Assembly (NCBI RefSeq): GCF_000621625.1
Contig: NZ_JHXV01000009.1
Span: 8,999 to 72,998 of the forward strand
Reading direction: 5' to 3'
Length of the DNA: 64,000 nucleotides
Source of the DNA: Crocinitomix catalasitica ATCC 23190
GTDB lineage: Bacteria; Bacteroidota; Bacteroidia; Flavobacteriales_D; Crocinitomicaceae
The notes beneath the pieces were generated by a model. That model was not told where the DNA came from, searched no databases, and saw only the letters and a list, made by a program, of their open reading frames with translations. Of the stretch, positions 38,066 to 48,273 are shown piece by piece (positions within the stretch are counted from its first letter, which is position 1; each line of letters opens with the position of its first letter). The position numbers and the translations under genes were made by a program.

Positions 38066-39577
38066 ATGGAATCAAAAAACACCTTAAAGGTTGAAAAAAC
38101 ATTGTTGGCTATCATAGTTATTGTGGCCACACTAGTTGCGCTATCTTGGCTTTTCAAAATTTATCAATTAACAGATATCCTTCCCAATGCTCCCACAATG
38201 AAATTTAACACTGCTGTGCTATTTATTATGGCAGCTAGCGCTGTTTATTTACGATCACAATTAAAGGAACCATCTCGTATCTTTTACTTTATTATCTTAT
38301 CAATAATTTCAATCGTTTCGCTTACAGCATTGGTATCTTATTCAATAAAATTATCAATTGACATAGACAATGCAATAATTGAAGACAGTTATTCGAAAGT
38401 TATTTCTGGTAGAATGTCAAGAGCTACAGCTATCAACTTCTTGCTATTCGCAATTGGACTTTTGCTCTTAGAATCTAAAAAAAAGTCGATTAAACGTATT
38501 GGTAATGCATCCTTCCTGATCGTTTTATTAATAAGTGTAATTGGGTTTGTTTCATTTATTTTAATGGTTCCGATTGATCATAAAATTGATTTTTTCGAAT
38601 CTATGTCTATTGTCACTTCCACCCTCTTTATTTTATTAACGATTAGTACTTTATTGACTACACCATATTTTTGGTTCAAAAATTTTATCACCAATAAACT
38701 CGCTGGTAGTCGGTTGATTATAGCAATGCTGCCATTTATTTTGTTCATGCCTATACTATTAAATTACTTCCTGATTTACTCTATTAAAACGAATTTACTA
38801 GCGACTGATTTTGCGATTGTTTTAGGTGCAGTACTTTATATGATCATCAGTTTGGTATACATTATAATAGTTGCAGACAGTTTAAACCATTCAGATTATC
38901 AACGTAAAGAACTGACTTCAAAATTAACGTCGCAACGCGTTGATGCGATGAAATCAGACCTTTTAAAAGAAACGCATCACCGTGTAAAGAACAATTTTCA
39001 AATGGTGAATAGTATTCTTACTCTACAAGCAAAAAAAATTGAAGACCAAGCGCTTATAAATGTAATTGAAGAATGTCAAGATCGAATTAGAGCAATGGCA
39101 GCTTTGCATGAAAACATGTATAGCCACGGAGATTATGAAGAAGTTCTGGTCAAAGACTTTTTTCAATCAATTGTTCACTCACTTGTCATGTCATATTCAG
39201 GTTCGAAAAAAATTGAAATGGAAATAAATATTGACCTCGAAAAAATGGATATGAATACAGCCATTCCGTTGGGGTTAATTATTAATGAAATGGTTACCAA
39301 TTCTCTTAAACATGCCTTTTCAAATCGAGATAGTGGCACAATTCTATTGGAATTAAGGGAAGAGAATTCGAAATATTATAAATTAGTTATTGGTGACGAT
39401 GGCGTGGGGTCTCCAATTGAAAACTATGTCAATAAAGATGATAATTCATTCGACGAAATATCTATGGGTCGTGAATTAATTGAAGTTTTCACTGAGCAAA
39501 TTAGTGGACGAAAAAAAATATTGGATCGAATTGGCACCGTTTACAAAATTACTTTCCCAAAATATCATACAAGATAA
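38066..39577 (+). CDS. Membrane sensor histidine kinase (HisKA_2/HWE-type)
   Basis: About 8 TM helices, then a phosphoacceptor region ETHHRVKNNFQMVNSIL and an HATPase N-box (INEMVTNSLKHAF). No adjacent response regulator. Confidence 0.8.
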   Translation: MESKNTLKVEKTLLAIIVIVATLVALSWLFKIYQLTDILPNAPTMKFNTAVLFIMAASAVYLRSQLKEPSRIFYFIILSIISIVSLTALVSYSIKLSIDIDNAIIEDSYSKVISGRMSRATAINFLLFAIGLLLLESKKKSIKRIGNASFLIVLLISVIGFVSFILMVPIDHKIDFFESMSIVTSTLFILLTISTLLTTPYFWFKNFITNKLAGSRLIIAMLPFILFMPILLNYFLIYSIKTNLLATDFAIVLGAVLYMIISLVYIIIVADSLNHSDYQRKELTSKLTSQRVDAMKSDLLKETHHRVKNNFQMVNSILTLQAKKIEDQALINVIEECQDRIRAMAALHENMYSHGDYEEVLVKDFFQSIVHSLVMSYSGSKKIEMEINIDLEKMDMNTAIPLGLIINEMVTNSLKHAFSNRDSGTILLELREENSKYYKLVIGDDGVGSPIENYVNKDDNSFDEISMGRELIEVFTEQISGRKKILDRIGTVYKITFPKYHTR

Positions 39578-39733
39578 CCTGTTAAATCAACCATAGATAA
39601 ATAGTTCATTTCAATGATTTGTATTATTTAGTGTGAATAACGAATCAATAAACTATCTTTGCGCGATTAAATAGAAGTTTATTGTGTATTTATTCAATTC
39701 ATACCGCTAAACGTCGAAAGCAAATAATGAATT

Positions 39734-40183
39734 ATGAAGCGCATAAATGAATACAAAAAGTTGTTCAATGTTGAACCAACTACGGATCTAAAACAACTTA
39801 AAACTACCTATAGAAATTTGGTAAAGGAATGGCATCCTGATAAATTTCAAGCTGGCGATGAAAAAGCAGCGGAAGCTGAATTAAAAAGCCAACAAATCAT
39901 TGATGCTTATCACTTTCTAGTTAGTATTGCTCCTGAAACTAAAGTTGCAAATCAAGCCGAATATGATAACTTGATCAATGTAGTTGGAATTTCAGATTTC
40001 CAACACAAAAAACAAGTATTAGAAGTTACTTTTTTAGACGGTTCGACTTACGAATATTTTGGAGTTTCACCTAAAGTCTATCAAAAAATGGTGAATACTG
40101 ATAAATTGTCTAGATTCGCTAAAAGAAGTATCTACAACTCATACTTATACCGTAAATCTAAAAACGGTGCTAAAGAAAGTTAA
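39734..40183 (+). CDS. J-domain protein fused to a KTSC domain
   Basis: N-terminal DnaJ J-domain with the HPD motif (KEWHPDKF). C-terminal KTSC-like segment (VLEVTFLDGSTYEYFGVSPKVYQKMVNTDKLSRFAKRSIYNSYLYRK). Confidence 0.6.
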   Translation: MKRINEYKKLFNVEPTTDLKQLKTTYRNLVKEWHPDKFQAGDEKAAEAELKSQQIIDAYHFLVSIAPETKVANQAEYDNLINVVGISDFQHKKQVLEVTFLDGSTYEYFGVSPKVYQKMVNTDKLSRFAKRSIYNSYLYRKSKNGAKES

Positions 40184-40330
40184 TTATTAGCTCAAATATC
40201 TAATTTTCAGTTCTTAATTCTTACTTTTACTATTGTGTTTTTGCAATAAAATTTGTATTTTAATTTTTTAATTCCAAATTTTATCGAAGTACATAAAAGT
40301 GGTAAAAATTGAACAAAATTGTCCATTACG

Positions 40331-40909
40331 ATGAAGTGTAGTATTTTAAAAACTCAAAAGATTGAAAGCAAAAAATGGTCTGGTGGAGAAACTACCGAAT
40401 TGCTTATCTATCCTAATACTGCTGTATATCAACAATTGGATTTTGATTTTAGATTAAGTACTGCGACAATTACTGATCCTTCTTCTACGTTTACAAATTT
40501 AAAGGATATATCTAGGACCTTAATGGTCGTGGATGGTGAAATTGAATTGAGTCATAATGGTGAAGATCCTGTATTATTAAAAAAGTTTGATCAAAGTAGT
40601 TTTAGTGGCGATGACAACACGCAATCAAGAGGTTTAGGATCTGATTTTAACTTGATGACGAGCGGAAAAACGAAAGGCGAAATAAAAGGATTGACGGTAC
40701 TTCAATCAAAACCTTTCTATTATCGACTTTCGTCTAAGCTCAAATTCTTATATATTTATATAATCAAAGGAACTGTTAAAGTTGATTGTGACGAAAAGAA
40801 TTCAACCTTAGATAGCAATGACATGTTGGAAGTTTCAGATTGTAGAGATTTAAATATGCAATTCATGGCAGATATTGAGGCAGATATCATCTTGATTGAA
40901 ATTTATTGA
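40331..40909 (+). CDS. HutD/Ves-family cupin protein
   Basis: Pattern W-GGETTELLIYP...FDFRLSTATI...FSGDD typical of HutD. Coordinates use ATG 40331; the ORF track starts at TTG 40319. Confidence 0.45.
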   Translation: MKCSILKTQKIESKKWSGGETTELLIYPNTAVYQQLDFDFRLSTATITDPSSTFTNLKDISRTLMVVDGEIELSHNGEDPVLLKKFDQSSFSGDDNTQSRGLGSDFNLMTSGKTKGEIKGLTVLQSKPFYYRLSSKLKFLYIYIIKGTVKVDCDEKNSTLDSNDMLEVSDCRDLNMQFMADIEADIILIEIY

Positions 40910-41595
40910 TAACTCCTGGTATGAATAGCAAATTAATGACTTTTTTATCGTGTTTTGCGATATTATTCAGCACGTTTAGTTGTGTCATTAGACATCCTGA
41001 AAAACACTTGATCAAAGTAATTGATAGCAACGAAAAGTTTGATGCTGTAATTGTGCCTGGTCACCCACTCGAAGATGGAGAATGGTCTAATGTCACTGAA
41101 ATGCGAATGGTGTGGGTTAAATATTTATGGGACCAAGGTCTTGTTAAAAATATAATCTTCTCTGGTGGGGCGGTGTACAATCAATATGCCGAGTGCAAAG
41201 TAATGAAACTATATGCGCTCGAGATGGGCATTCCAGCACAAAATATTTTTATGGATTCGCTTGCTGAACATAGTACAGAAAATGTTTTCTATTCAACACT
41301 AATAGCAAAAGAAAACGGATTGAAAACAATTGCTTTGGCCAGTGATCCTTATCAAACCAAAAACCTCAAAGCATTCCTGAAAAAAATGGAACGTAAAACA
41401 GGTTATGATATCCAAATATTACCGGCTATAATTGATACTTTGGCCACTATAGAAGACAGGAATTATAGCATCAATCCAGAGAAAGCTATTGGTTCTAAAT
41501 TTGTGGACATTACAAATACGCAAAGTCTTGGATATCGACTTAAAGGAACGATGGGTTTAAGAATTGACTGGGAATTATTAGCTCCTGTTCAATAA
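40906..41595 (+). CDS. YdcF/DUF218-family protein
   Basis: DAVIVPG...SGG...LAEHSTENVFYS pattern of DUF218. N-terminal signal/TM segment. Confidence 0.6.
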   Translation: MITPGMNSKLMTFLSCFAILFSTFSCVIRHPEKHLIKVIDSNEKFDAVIVPGHPLEDGEWSNVTEMRMVWVKYLWDQGLVKNIIFSGGAVYNQYAECKVMKLYALEMGIPAQNIFMDSLAEHSTENVFYSTLIAKENGLKTIALASDPYQTKNLKAFLKKMERKTGYDIQILPAIIDTLATIEDRNYSINPEKAIGSKFVDITNTQSLGYRLKGTMGLRIDWELLAPVQ

Positions 41596-41651
41596 AATTA
41601 TCTATTTTCATATTAAACAAATACCCTGGTTAAAAATCAATACGTTTAAAC

Positions 41652-42002
41652 GTGTTAATCAATTCTACTCTCATGAAAAACATCATTTATATTTTTATTT
41701 TCGCAATTAGTGTTTTCAGTTGCTCTGAAAATAAAACAGCAGACTTTATTGGCACTTGGACGTCGACATCAAACGATAAGGATGTGCTTATAATAACTAA
41801 CGACAGCGAGAGTATGACTGTTCTAATTGATAAAAAAAACAAATCTCTTCCAGCATATATACAAGGAGATACATTAAAAATAATATTTAAGAAAGATACG
41901 CTTTCAGCACTGCTAAATGATCAACGTGAATTGGTTATTAATAGTAGTGAAAAGAAGAAAATAAACGGCATCTATACCCTTTCTTCAAATTTATCAGAAT
42001 AG
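41652..42002 (+). CDS. Hypothetical lipoprotein
   Basis: Signal peptide plus lipobox (SVFSC). Confidence 0.3.
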   Translation: MLINSTLMKNIIYIFIFAISVFSCSENKTADFIGTWTSTSNDKDVLIITNDSESMTVLIDKKNKSLPAYIQGDTLKIIFKKDTLSALLNDQRELVINSSEKKKINGIYTLSSNLSE

Positions 42003-42094
42003 AAAATTGCGATACTTAACGAATTCAATTAACTACACTGATCACTACACAATTTAATAAACTATCTTTGTTCAGCTATCAATAAAGCACTAAA

Positions 42095-44290
42095 TTGTTT
42101 CGTTTGAAAGACTTACTTTTAATAACACCTCCGTTTACTCAATTAAACACGCCCTATCCCGCAACGGCTTATTTAAAAGGATTCTTAAACACGAAGAGTA
42201 TTTCATCTTTTCAAGTGGATTTGGGGATTGAAGTTATTCTTGCCTTATTCGAACGATCAAAATTTGCCTACTTATTTGAAAGTGCCAAAGAGAATAATAC
42301 CATACAAACAGAAAATGCCGAACGCATCTATACATTGCGTGAAGCTTATTTGACTCCATTAAACGAAGTCATTCGTTTTTTACAAGGAGAGAACCCTACC
42401 CTCGCCAGACAAATTTGTGCAGGAAATTTTCTCCCGCAAGCATCGCGCTTTGAACAATTAGATGATTTAGAATTTGCATTTGGAATGATGGGAATGCAGG
42501 ATAAAGCGAAACATTTGGCAACCTTGTATCTCGAAGATTTATCAGATTTTATTATTGAATGTATCGATGATAATTTTGGCTTTAGCAGATACGCAGAAAG
42601 AATGGGGCAAAGTGCGAACTCGTTTGATGAATTGCATGATTTATTACAAACAGCACCTACATTTATTGACGAAATAACACTGTCCTTACTCGAACAAAAA
42701 ATAAATGAAACGCAACCTAAATTGATCTGTTTCTCTGTTCCCTTTCCTGGAAACTTATACAGTGCTTTTAGATGTGCGCAATTTATAAAATCAAATTACC
42801 CAGATATAAAAATAGCAATGGGTGGTGGTTTTCCCAACACTGAATTAAGATCCGTTACTGATACCAGAGTTTTTGATTATTTTGATTTTATTACGCTGGA
42901 TGATGGAGAATTACCAATAGAATTATTGTTCCAGCATATTGAAGACCTTTCATTTTTTGAATTGAAACGAACACTTCATTTAAAGGATGATAAAGTCTAT
43001 TATAATAATACCAGTGATAAAGCGGATTATAAACAAATTGATCTCGGTACTCCGGATTATAGCGATTTAAGGCTCAATAAATATATTTCAGTTATTGAAA
43101 TAGCGAACCCAATGCATAGCTTATGGAGTGATGGCAGGTGGAATAAATTGACCATGGCCCATGGATGTTATTGGGGTAAGTGTACATTTTGCGATATCTC
43201 ATTAGATTATATAAAAATATATGAACCCATAGCCGCCAAAATTTTGGTGGACAGAATGGAAGAATTGATTAAACAAACGAATGAAAGCGGTTTTCATTTT
43301 GTTGACGAAGCCGCGCCTCCGGCATTAATGAAAGCTTTGGCATTAGAAATAATTCGAAGAAAATTGACTGTTACTTGGTGGGCCAATATTAGATTTGAGA
43401 AGAACTTTACGCAAGACTTATGTTTATTGCTCAAAGCTTCAGGATGTATTGCAGTTTCAGGAGGTTTAGAAGTTGCTTCTGATCGACTTTTGGCATTGAT
43501 AGATAAGGGAGTTAGCGTTGAGCAAGTTGCTAAAGTAACGCGGAATTTCACGAATGCGGATATTATGGTACATGCTTATTTAATGTACGGCTATCCAACA
43601 CAAAATGAACAAGAAACCATAGATAGTTTAGAAATGGTTCGACAACTTTTTGAAGCAGGGATTATCCAATCAGGATTCTGGCATCAATTTGCTTTGACAG
43701 CACATAGCCCTATCGGTCTTAATCCTGAAAATTATAATTTAAAACCTAACCTAAAAGAGATCACCTTCGCGAATAACGATATTGATTTCGTCGATAATAC
43801 TGGAATTGACCACTCGAAATATAGTTTTGGGTTAAAAAAATCACTGTATAATTATATGCATGATATTGGATATGATATTCCATTAAAAGATTGGTTTGAT
43901 TTTAAAACTCCACGAACAAAAATAAGCCCAGACTATATAAACAATTGTTTAGTAACGTCTGAACATTTTAATATCAAGGCGAATAATAAAATTATTTGGC
44001 TTGGCACTACTCCAATTCATAACGAGTTTACAAAAAGTAAAAAAGGAAATACTTGGACAATGCTTCAATTAATTTTCCATACCCCTGAAATGGTTAAGGA
44101 GATAATTTTAGAACAAAAAGAAGGTCTTTGGTTTTTAGATTTATTGCCTCAATTATCGCCAGAAAACGTAAAACAATTAACTTTTAATCAAATAAAATTG
44201 AATTTTGAAGAACAATTTGAAAACTTTGAATTGTTCTGGTATTCTAAACCGATACAACAATTAAAATCCATTGGCCTAATCGTCATTTAA
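42095..44290 (+). CDS. B12-binding-domain radical SAM protein with a long C-terminal extension
   Basis: N-terminal cobalamin-binding-like region and a radical SAM cluster motif CxxxCxxC (AHGCYWGKCTFCDIS). At 731 aa it has about 200 aa of extra C-terminal sequence. Probable TTG start. Confidence 0.8.
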   Translation: MFRLKDLLLITPPFTQLNTPYPATAYLKGFLNTKSISSFQVDLGIEVILALFERSKFAYLFESAKENNTIQTENAERIYTLREAYLTPLNEVIRFLQGENPTLARQICAGNFLPQASRFEQLDDLEFAFGMMGMQDKAKHLATLYLEDLSDFIIECIDDNFGFSRYAERMGQSANSFDELHDLLQTAPTFIDEITLSLLEQKINETQPKLICFSVPFPGNLYSAFRCAQFIKSNYPDIKIAMGGGFPNTELRSVTDTRVFDYFDFITLDDGELPIELLFQHIEDLSFFELKRTLHLKDDKVYYNNTSDKADYKQIDLGTPDYSDLRLNKYISVIEIANPMHSLWSDGRWNKLTMAHGCYWGKCTFCDISLDYIKIYEPIAAKILVDRMEELIKQTNESGFHFVDEAAPPALMKALALEIIRRKLTVTWWANIRFEKNFTQDLCLLLKASGCIAVSGGLEVASDRLLALIDKGVSVEQVAKVTRNFTNADIMVHAYLMYGYPTQNEQETIDSLEMVRQLFEAGIIQSGFWHQFALTAHSPIGLNPENYNLKPNLKEITFANNDIDFVDNTGIDHSKYSFGLKKSLYNYMHDIGYDIPLKDWFDFKTPRTKISPDYINNCLVTSEHFNIKANNKIIWLGTTPIHNEFTKSKKGNTWTMLQLIFHTPEMVKEIILEQKEGLWFLDLLPQLSPENVKQLTFNQIKLNFEEQFENFELFWYSKPIQQLKSIGLIVI

Positions 44291-44300
44291 AATAAATATT

Positions 44301-44873
44301 ATGAAATTAACATCTCTCGGATACTCCCCCAATTGGCTGAAATTTAAACTCTTAGACGAATCTATTTTCAACCAACAATTAGCAGCATTTACTAAAGCTG
44401 AAGAACTAGAGATTGACTCTTGGAAATACAGAATGAAAACCTTAGAAAATTGGTTTGCTACAAAGACAAAGATTTCCGATAAAGAAATCGATCAAGTATT
44501 ATTAGTGATTCATGAAGATCCAGACGAATTATTTATTGGTAAAGCAGTTGAGTTTTTGTTTCAATCTCCAATATTAAGCCCTAGCCAATTTTCAATTCTA
44601 GAGCAAAAAATACCAGAATTTGGCGATTGGACAAAAAAATTAATCGATCGAACTATTCTAGATAAAAGACTTAAAAAACTACCAATTAGTCGTCAATTAT
44701 TTGACGCGTGTGTTAGTTATAAGAATGAATTTAACGACAATCGGTTAATTGTTAAAATCATTGAATTAACAGATAATACGGAATATCTTGAAGAATTTCT
44801 TGTGAACGGAAGCGGAAAAAGAATTAAGACTATGGCTGAGAAGAAATTACGTCAAATAGCGCGTTTGAGTTAA
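44301..44873 (+). CDS. Hypothetical protein, possible partner of the radical SAM enzyme
   Basis: 190 aa, starting 10 nt after the radical SAM stop. No motif. Confidence 0.3.
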   Translation: MKLTSLGYSPNWLKFKLLDESIFNQQLAAFTKAEELEIDSWKYRMKTLENWFATKTKISDKEIDQVLLVIHEDPDELFIGKAVEFLFQSPILSPSQFSILEQKIPEFGDWTKKLIDRTILDKRLKKLPISRQLFDACVSYKNEFNDNRLIVKIIELTDNTEYLEEFLVNGSGKRIKTMAEKKLRQIARLS

Positions 44874-45038
44874 TATTCCATCCAACGATAAGTGTTATTC
44901 TCGTTTTACAACAAAGCATTTGCCATACAAATGTTAGAAAGGTGCTGTTCAATTTTCTAAAGACAAGCCCCTACCCTTACATTAATATAATTGTATACTA
45001 CATCGTGAACGAAACCTTCAAAAAGGCAACTTTTTATT

Positions 45039-45079
45039 TAAAAAAAAAGAGCCTTCAATTTAAAAAATTGAAGGCTCTT
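45039..45079 (-). terminator. Rho-independent terminator of the minus-strand lipoprotein gene
   Basis: 14-bp stem AAGAGCCTTCAATT/AATTGAAGGCTCTT with a 5-nt loop. On the minus strand it is followed by a U8 tract (the A8 run at 45039-45046 on the plus strand). Confidence 0.8.
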
Positions 45080-45101
45080 GAATTCAGATCAATTATAATG
45101 A

Positions 45102-45899
45102 TTAATTGAATTTAACCATTTTAGTTCTTGCTGTTTCATTGATAATCCAATAGTCTTTGCCATCAATTGATTGCGGATCATAATTAATCCCGACAATTTG
45201 AACAAAGCCATCTCCACTTCCTAATCCAACCATGTCGGCTGCACTAAAAGTATACGAACTTGTTCCACCTGCAACAATATAAAATTTTGCATTTTCAGAA
45301 CCATAAAGTCCAAAGTAAACAGAATCTGCATCAGCAACTTCTGGACAAGATAAGACATAGTCAGAACCTGTATTTACGTCTCCAGAATTAATATCGTCAA
45401 CAGTAGGAAATCCAACAGAACTAGCTGCTGTAACAGCAGGCCAAGTTCCACCAGCAACTACCCATGAAACATCGTCTGTGAAATCAATTCCTGTAGGAGA
45501 CGAGGCTGAAGGAGTGAATACATAAGAATTATTATCCTGTTTTGTAAGCACTTTAGTATTGACTTTTACTTCACCTGCATCTTGGAAGTTCGCACCTCCA
45601 TCTTCACTAAACATAGCAACCGCAGTTCCGATTGATGCATCAAAAGTAATTCCACCTGTATTTGTAGTTGTCAATGATTTAATTGAAACAAACGCTCCAA
45701 AACTGCCGGCGAAACTAGGTGTAAATCCTGAAGGCGCAGTAGCAGTTACTTCTCCATATTCACATGACCCGTCATCTTCCGTGGCGGTCACTTTGTAATT
45801 TGAAGCCAATGGATCAGTACATCCGTCTTTCTTACATGAAGTAAAAAAAAGCATTGCACCAACCACAGTGATGGCTAATTTTAAAGATAGGTTTTTCAT
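45102..45899 (-). CDS. Lipoprotein sharing the N-terminal Cys-module (CKKDGCTDPLASNY...DGSC) with the gene at 21330
   Basis: Signal peptide plus lipobox (FFTSC). Gly/Ser/Thr-rich beta-type body. Confidence 0.45.
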   Translation of the reverse strand: MKNLSLKLAITVVGAMLFFTSCKKDGCTDPLASNYKVTATEDDGSCEYGEVTATAPSGFTPSFAGSFGAFVSIKSLTTTNTGGITFDASIGTAVAMFSEDGGANFQDAGEVKVNTKVLTKQDNNSYVFTPSASSPTGIDFTDDVSWVVAGGTWPAVTAASSVGFPTVDDINSGDVNTGSDYVLSCPEVADADSVYFGLYGSENAKFYIVAGGTSSYTFSAADMVGLGSGDGFVQIVGINYDPQSIDGKDYWIINETARTKMVKFN

Positions 45900-46189
45900 A
45901 TTTTATGATTTAATTAGTTAAGCAAACTAAGTAAAAAAAAATGAATTTTAAATCGTTCGAATAAAATATTTAGCCCTAACAATCAAATCATTACAAAACA
46001 CCAATACATTAAACACTTAATTATCAATATATTAATTTAATATCTATTCATATAATTGACTGAAGCCATTTTATCATTCACACACCTTTTATTGGACAAA
46101 CAACTTTAATAAGCTGGTTGAACCACTTTTAATTCACCTACCAAAAAAGTATCATTTTACATTTTATGTTAATTTTACGACCAAATTAA

Positions 46190-47944
46190 ATGCTGAGTAG
46201 AATAACTCAAATAGACAATATGTTGCAAGGAAAATTCCTTATTAAGTTAATCTTCTGTTTTTTAATCCCTTTTTCTGGACTTGCCCAAAAGTTGAATTAC
46301 GATGAATTATCTGCTGATGAACTTCAAGATTCTTTGACAAAATATCTCACGTACGATAAAGAAAAAGCATTGTTTTTTGGCGAATTGTGCGAAAAAAAGG
46401 CGAAAGAAGACGGGAATATAGAAATACAAGGTTTAGTAATTGAGGCCTATTCTATTCTCCATTTGTACGATAAAAATATTGATCAAGCCATTTTTGAATC
46501 CGAAAGGTTAATGGCATTTGCTAAAAAACATGAGAACGATGTCCTACTAATACATGCTAATTTATTGGGAGGAGATTTACAGTTCAGCATTCCAAATAGT
46601 AGCAAAGCAATAACCTATTATAATGCAGCTTTAGAGATTGCTAAAAAAAGTAATAACGACCTACTTCGAGAAGTCACATTAAGTAAATTAGCGAGTCTTC
46701 ACATATTTTCTGAAGACCATGCTAAAGCCATAGAAGCTACAAAAAAGAATGTTGCATTTTATTCAAGTAGGCAAATTGATTCATTATATACGCGTGATAT
46801 AAAAGACCTCAGCATAATAAAAAGCCTATTATATTTATCTATTTCTTATCAGAAAATAGATCAACTTGATTCTGCAAAATATTATCACAATAGATTAAAG
46901 TTAGTTGCCTTGGATGGTGATTCATGTCTTATGTATTTCGTTTACTTAAATCAAGCAGAAATTGATTTTATTGAAGGAAATTTTAATGAGGCTAAACGTA
47001 ATTATCAAAAAACACTTGATTTTTGTCCGCCAGCATCTTCATTATTTTGGCTAAATCATGCTTATAGATTAGGAAAAGTTGAACATGGTATGCGCAATTT
47101 CTCAGCCGCAATTCAAATTTTAGAAGATGGTTTAGCAGCATATGAAGTCACTCCTGAAGAGGAAGGTTATATGCTTGACTATTATGAAATTATCGCAGAT
47201 TCATATAAAGAAAACGGTAATTTCGAAAAAGCACATTTCTATTTTGAAAAATATTTAAACACGAAAGATGAGTTCTCTAAAATTAAAGACGATGTGAATG
47301 CTTCACTTCGTGCACAAGAATTAGCGGACTATAAAAGTGAATTGAATAAATTGGCAAGGGCTAAGAATATTCAAAATAACTATTTGAATTATGTTCTATT
47401 AGGATCTTCAATACTGATTCTCGGATTATTGTTTTTGTTATTGCGCTTTTACCGATTGAGAAAAAAAGATGAATTAAGATTCAATCTTTTGATGGATAAG
47501 TTGAATAATATTGAACAAACCAAAATTGTACAACCAATCGTCGATTCGAAAGACACCGTCTTAGAAGAAAAATCTACGAATGACATAAGTGAAGAGATAA
47601 AAACTCAAATAATCGACGGTTTAAAATATTTGGAAGAAAAAGAATACTTTCTCTCAGTTGACTGTAATTCTTATAATGTTGCCAAAAAAATCAAAACCAA
47701 CACGACTTATTTATCCAAGGTATTGAATATGGAATTTGAAAAGAATTTCAATACTTATATCAACGACCTGAGAATTAATTATGCGATAGTGCGGCTAAAA
47801 AATGATCGACAATTTAGATCATATTCCATTCAAGCCATCGCAGAAGAGTTAGGATATAAAAGCGGCGATTCATTTGCTAAATATTTCAAACTACATACCC
47901 AATTGAATCCTTCATTTTATATTAAACAGTTGAATAATCTTTGA
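46190..47944 (+). CDS. TPR-repeat protein with a TM helix and a C-terminal AraC-type HTH domain
   Basis: N-terminal signal, TPR-like repeats, one TM segment (YVLLGSSILILGLLFLLLRFY), and a C-terminal AraC-like helix-turn-helix (YLSKVLNMEF...IQAIAEELGYKSGDSFAKYFK). Confidence 0.65.
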   Translation: MLSRITQIDNMLQGKFLIKLIFCFLIPFSGLAQKLNYDELSADELQDSLTKYLTYDKEKALFFGELCEKKAKEDGNIEIQGLVIEAYSILHLYDKNIDQAIFESERLMAFAKKHENDVLLIHANLLGGDLQFSIPNSSKAITYYNAALEIAKKSNNDLLREVTLSKLASLHIFSEDHAKAIEATKKNVAFYSSRQIDSLYTRDIKDLSIIKSLLYLSISYQKIDQLDSAKYYHNRLKLVALDGDSCLMYFVYLNQAEIDFIEGNFNEAKRNYQKTLDFCPPASSLFWLNHAYRLGKVEHGMRNFSAAIQILEDGLAAYEVTPEEEGYMLDYYEIIADSYKENGNFEKAHFYFEKYLNTKDEFSKIKDDVNASLRAQELADYKSELNKLARAKNIQNNYLNYVLLGSSILILGLLFLLLRFYRLRKKDELRFNLLMDKLNNIEQTKIVQPIVDSKDTVLEEKSTNDISEEIKTQIIDGLKYLEEKEYFLSVDCNSYNVAKKIKTNTTYLSKVLNMEFEKNFNTYINDLRINYAIVRLKNDRQFRSYSIQAIAEELGYKSGDSFAKYFKLHTQLNPSFYIKQLNNL

Positions 47945-48149
47945 TTTTTTTCATAAAACTACCCGAAATTTAGAAATTTAGGGTTGGGATTGATCGTTTT
48001 AGTAGATGCCGTCAATAAACACGTAAACCACTCATAATCAACATGTTAAAAACTAATTTCGTCGCCATTTTTCCTTAATTTCGGGCAAACATCAATCAAA
48101 CCTATGCTTTTTAGGTTCATCTTTGTGCTGTACTTAAATTTCAATAGTT

Positions 48150-48254
48150 ATGACAGAAAAATCAAATACAAGTAAAAAAATTCTTTGGATAAAATTTGCA
48201 ATTGGTATGGTAATAGGCGCAAGCTTATACTTAATTATAAAATTATTATTTTAA
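48150..48254 (+). CDS. Candidate 34-aa hydrophobic peptide (MTEKSNTSKKILWIKFAIGMVIGASLYLIIKLLF)
   Basis: Short ORF with one TM helix, 20 nt upstream of the S9 peptidase gene. It is below the ORF-track size cut-off. No conservation evidence is available. Confidence 0.2.
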   Translation: MTEKSNTSKKILWIKFAIGMVIGASLYLIIKLLF

Positions 48255-48273
48255 ATCTCTAAACCGTTAAATT

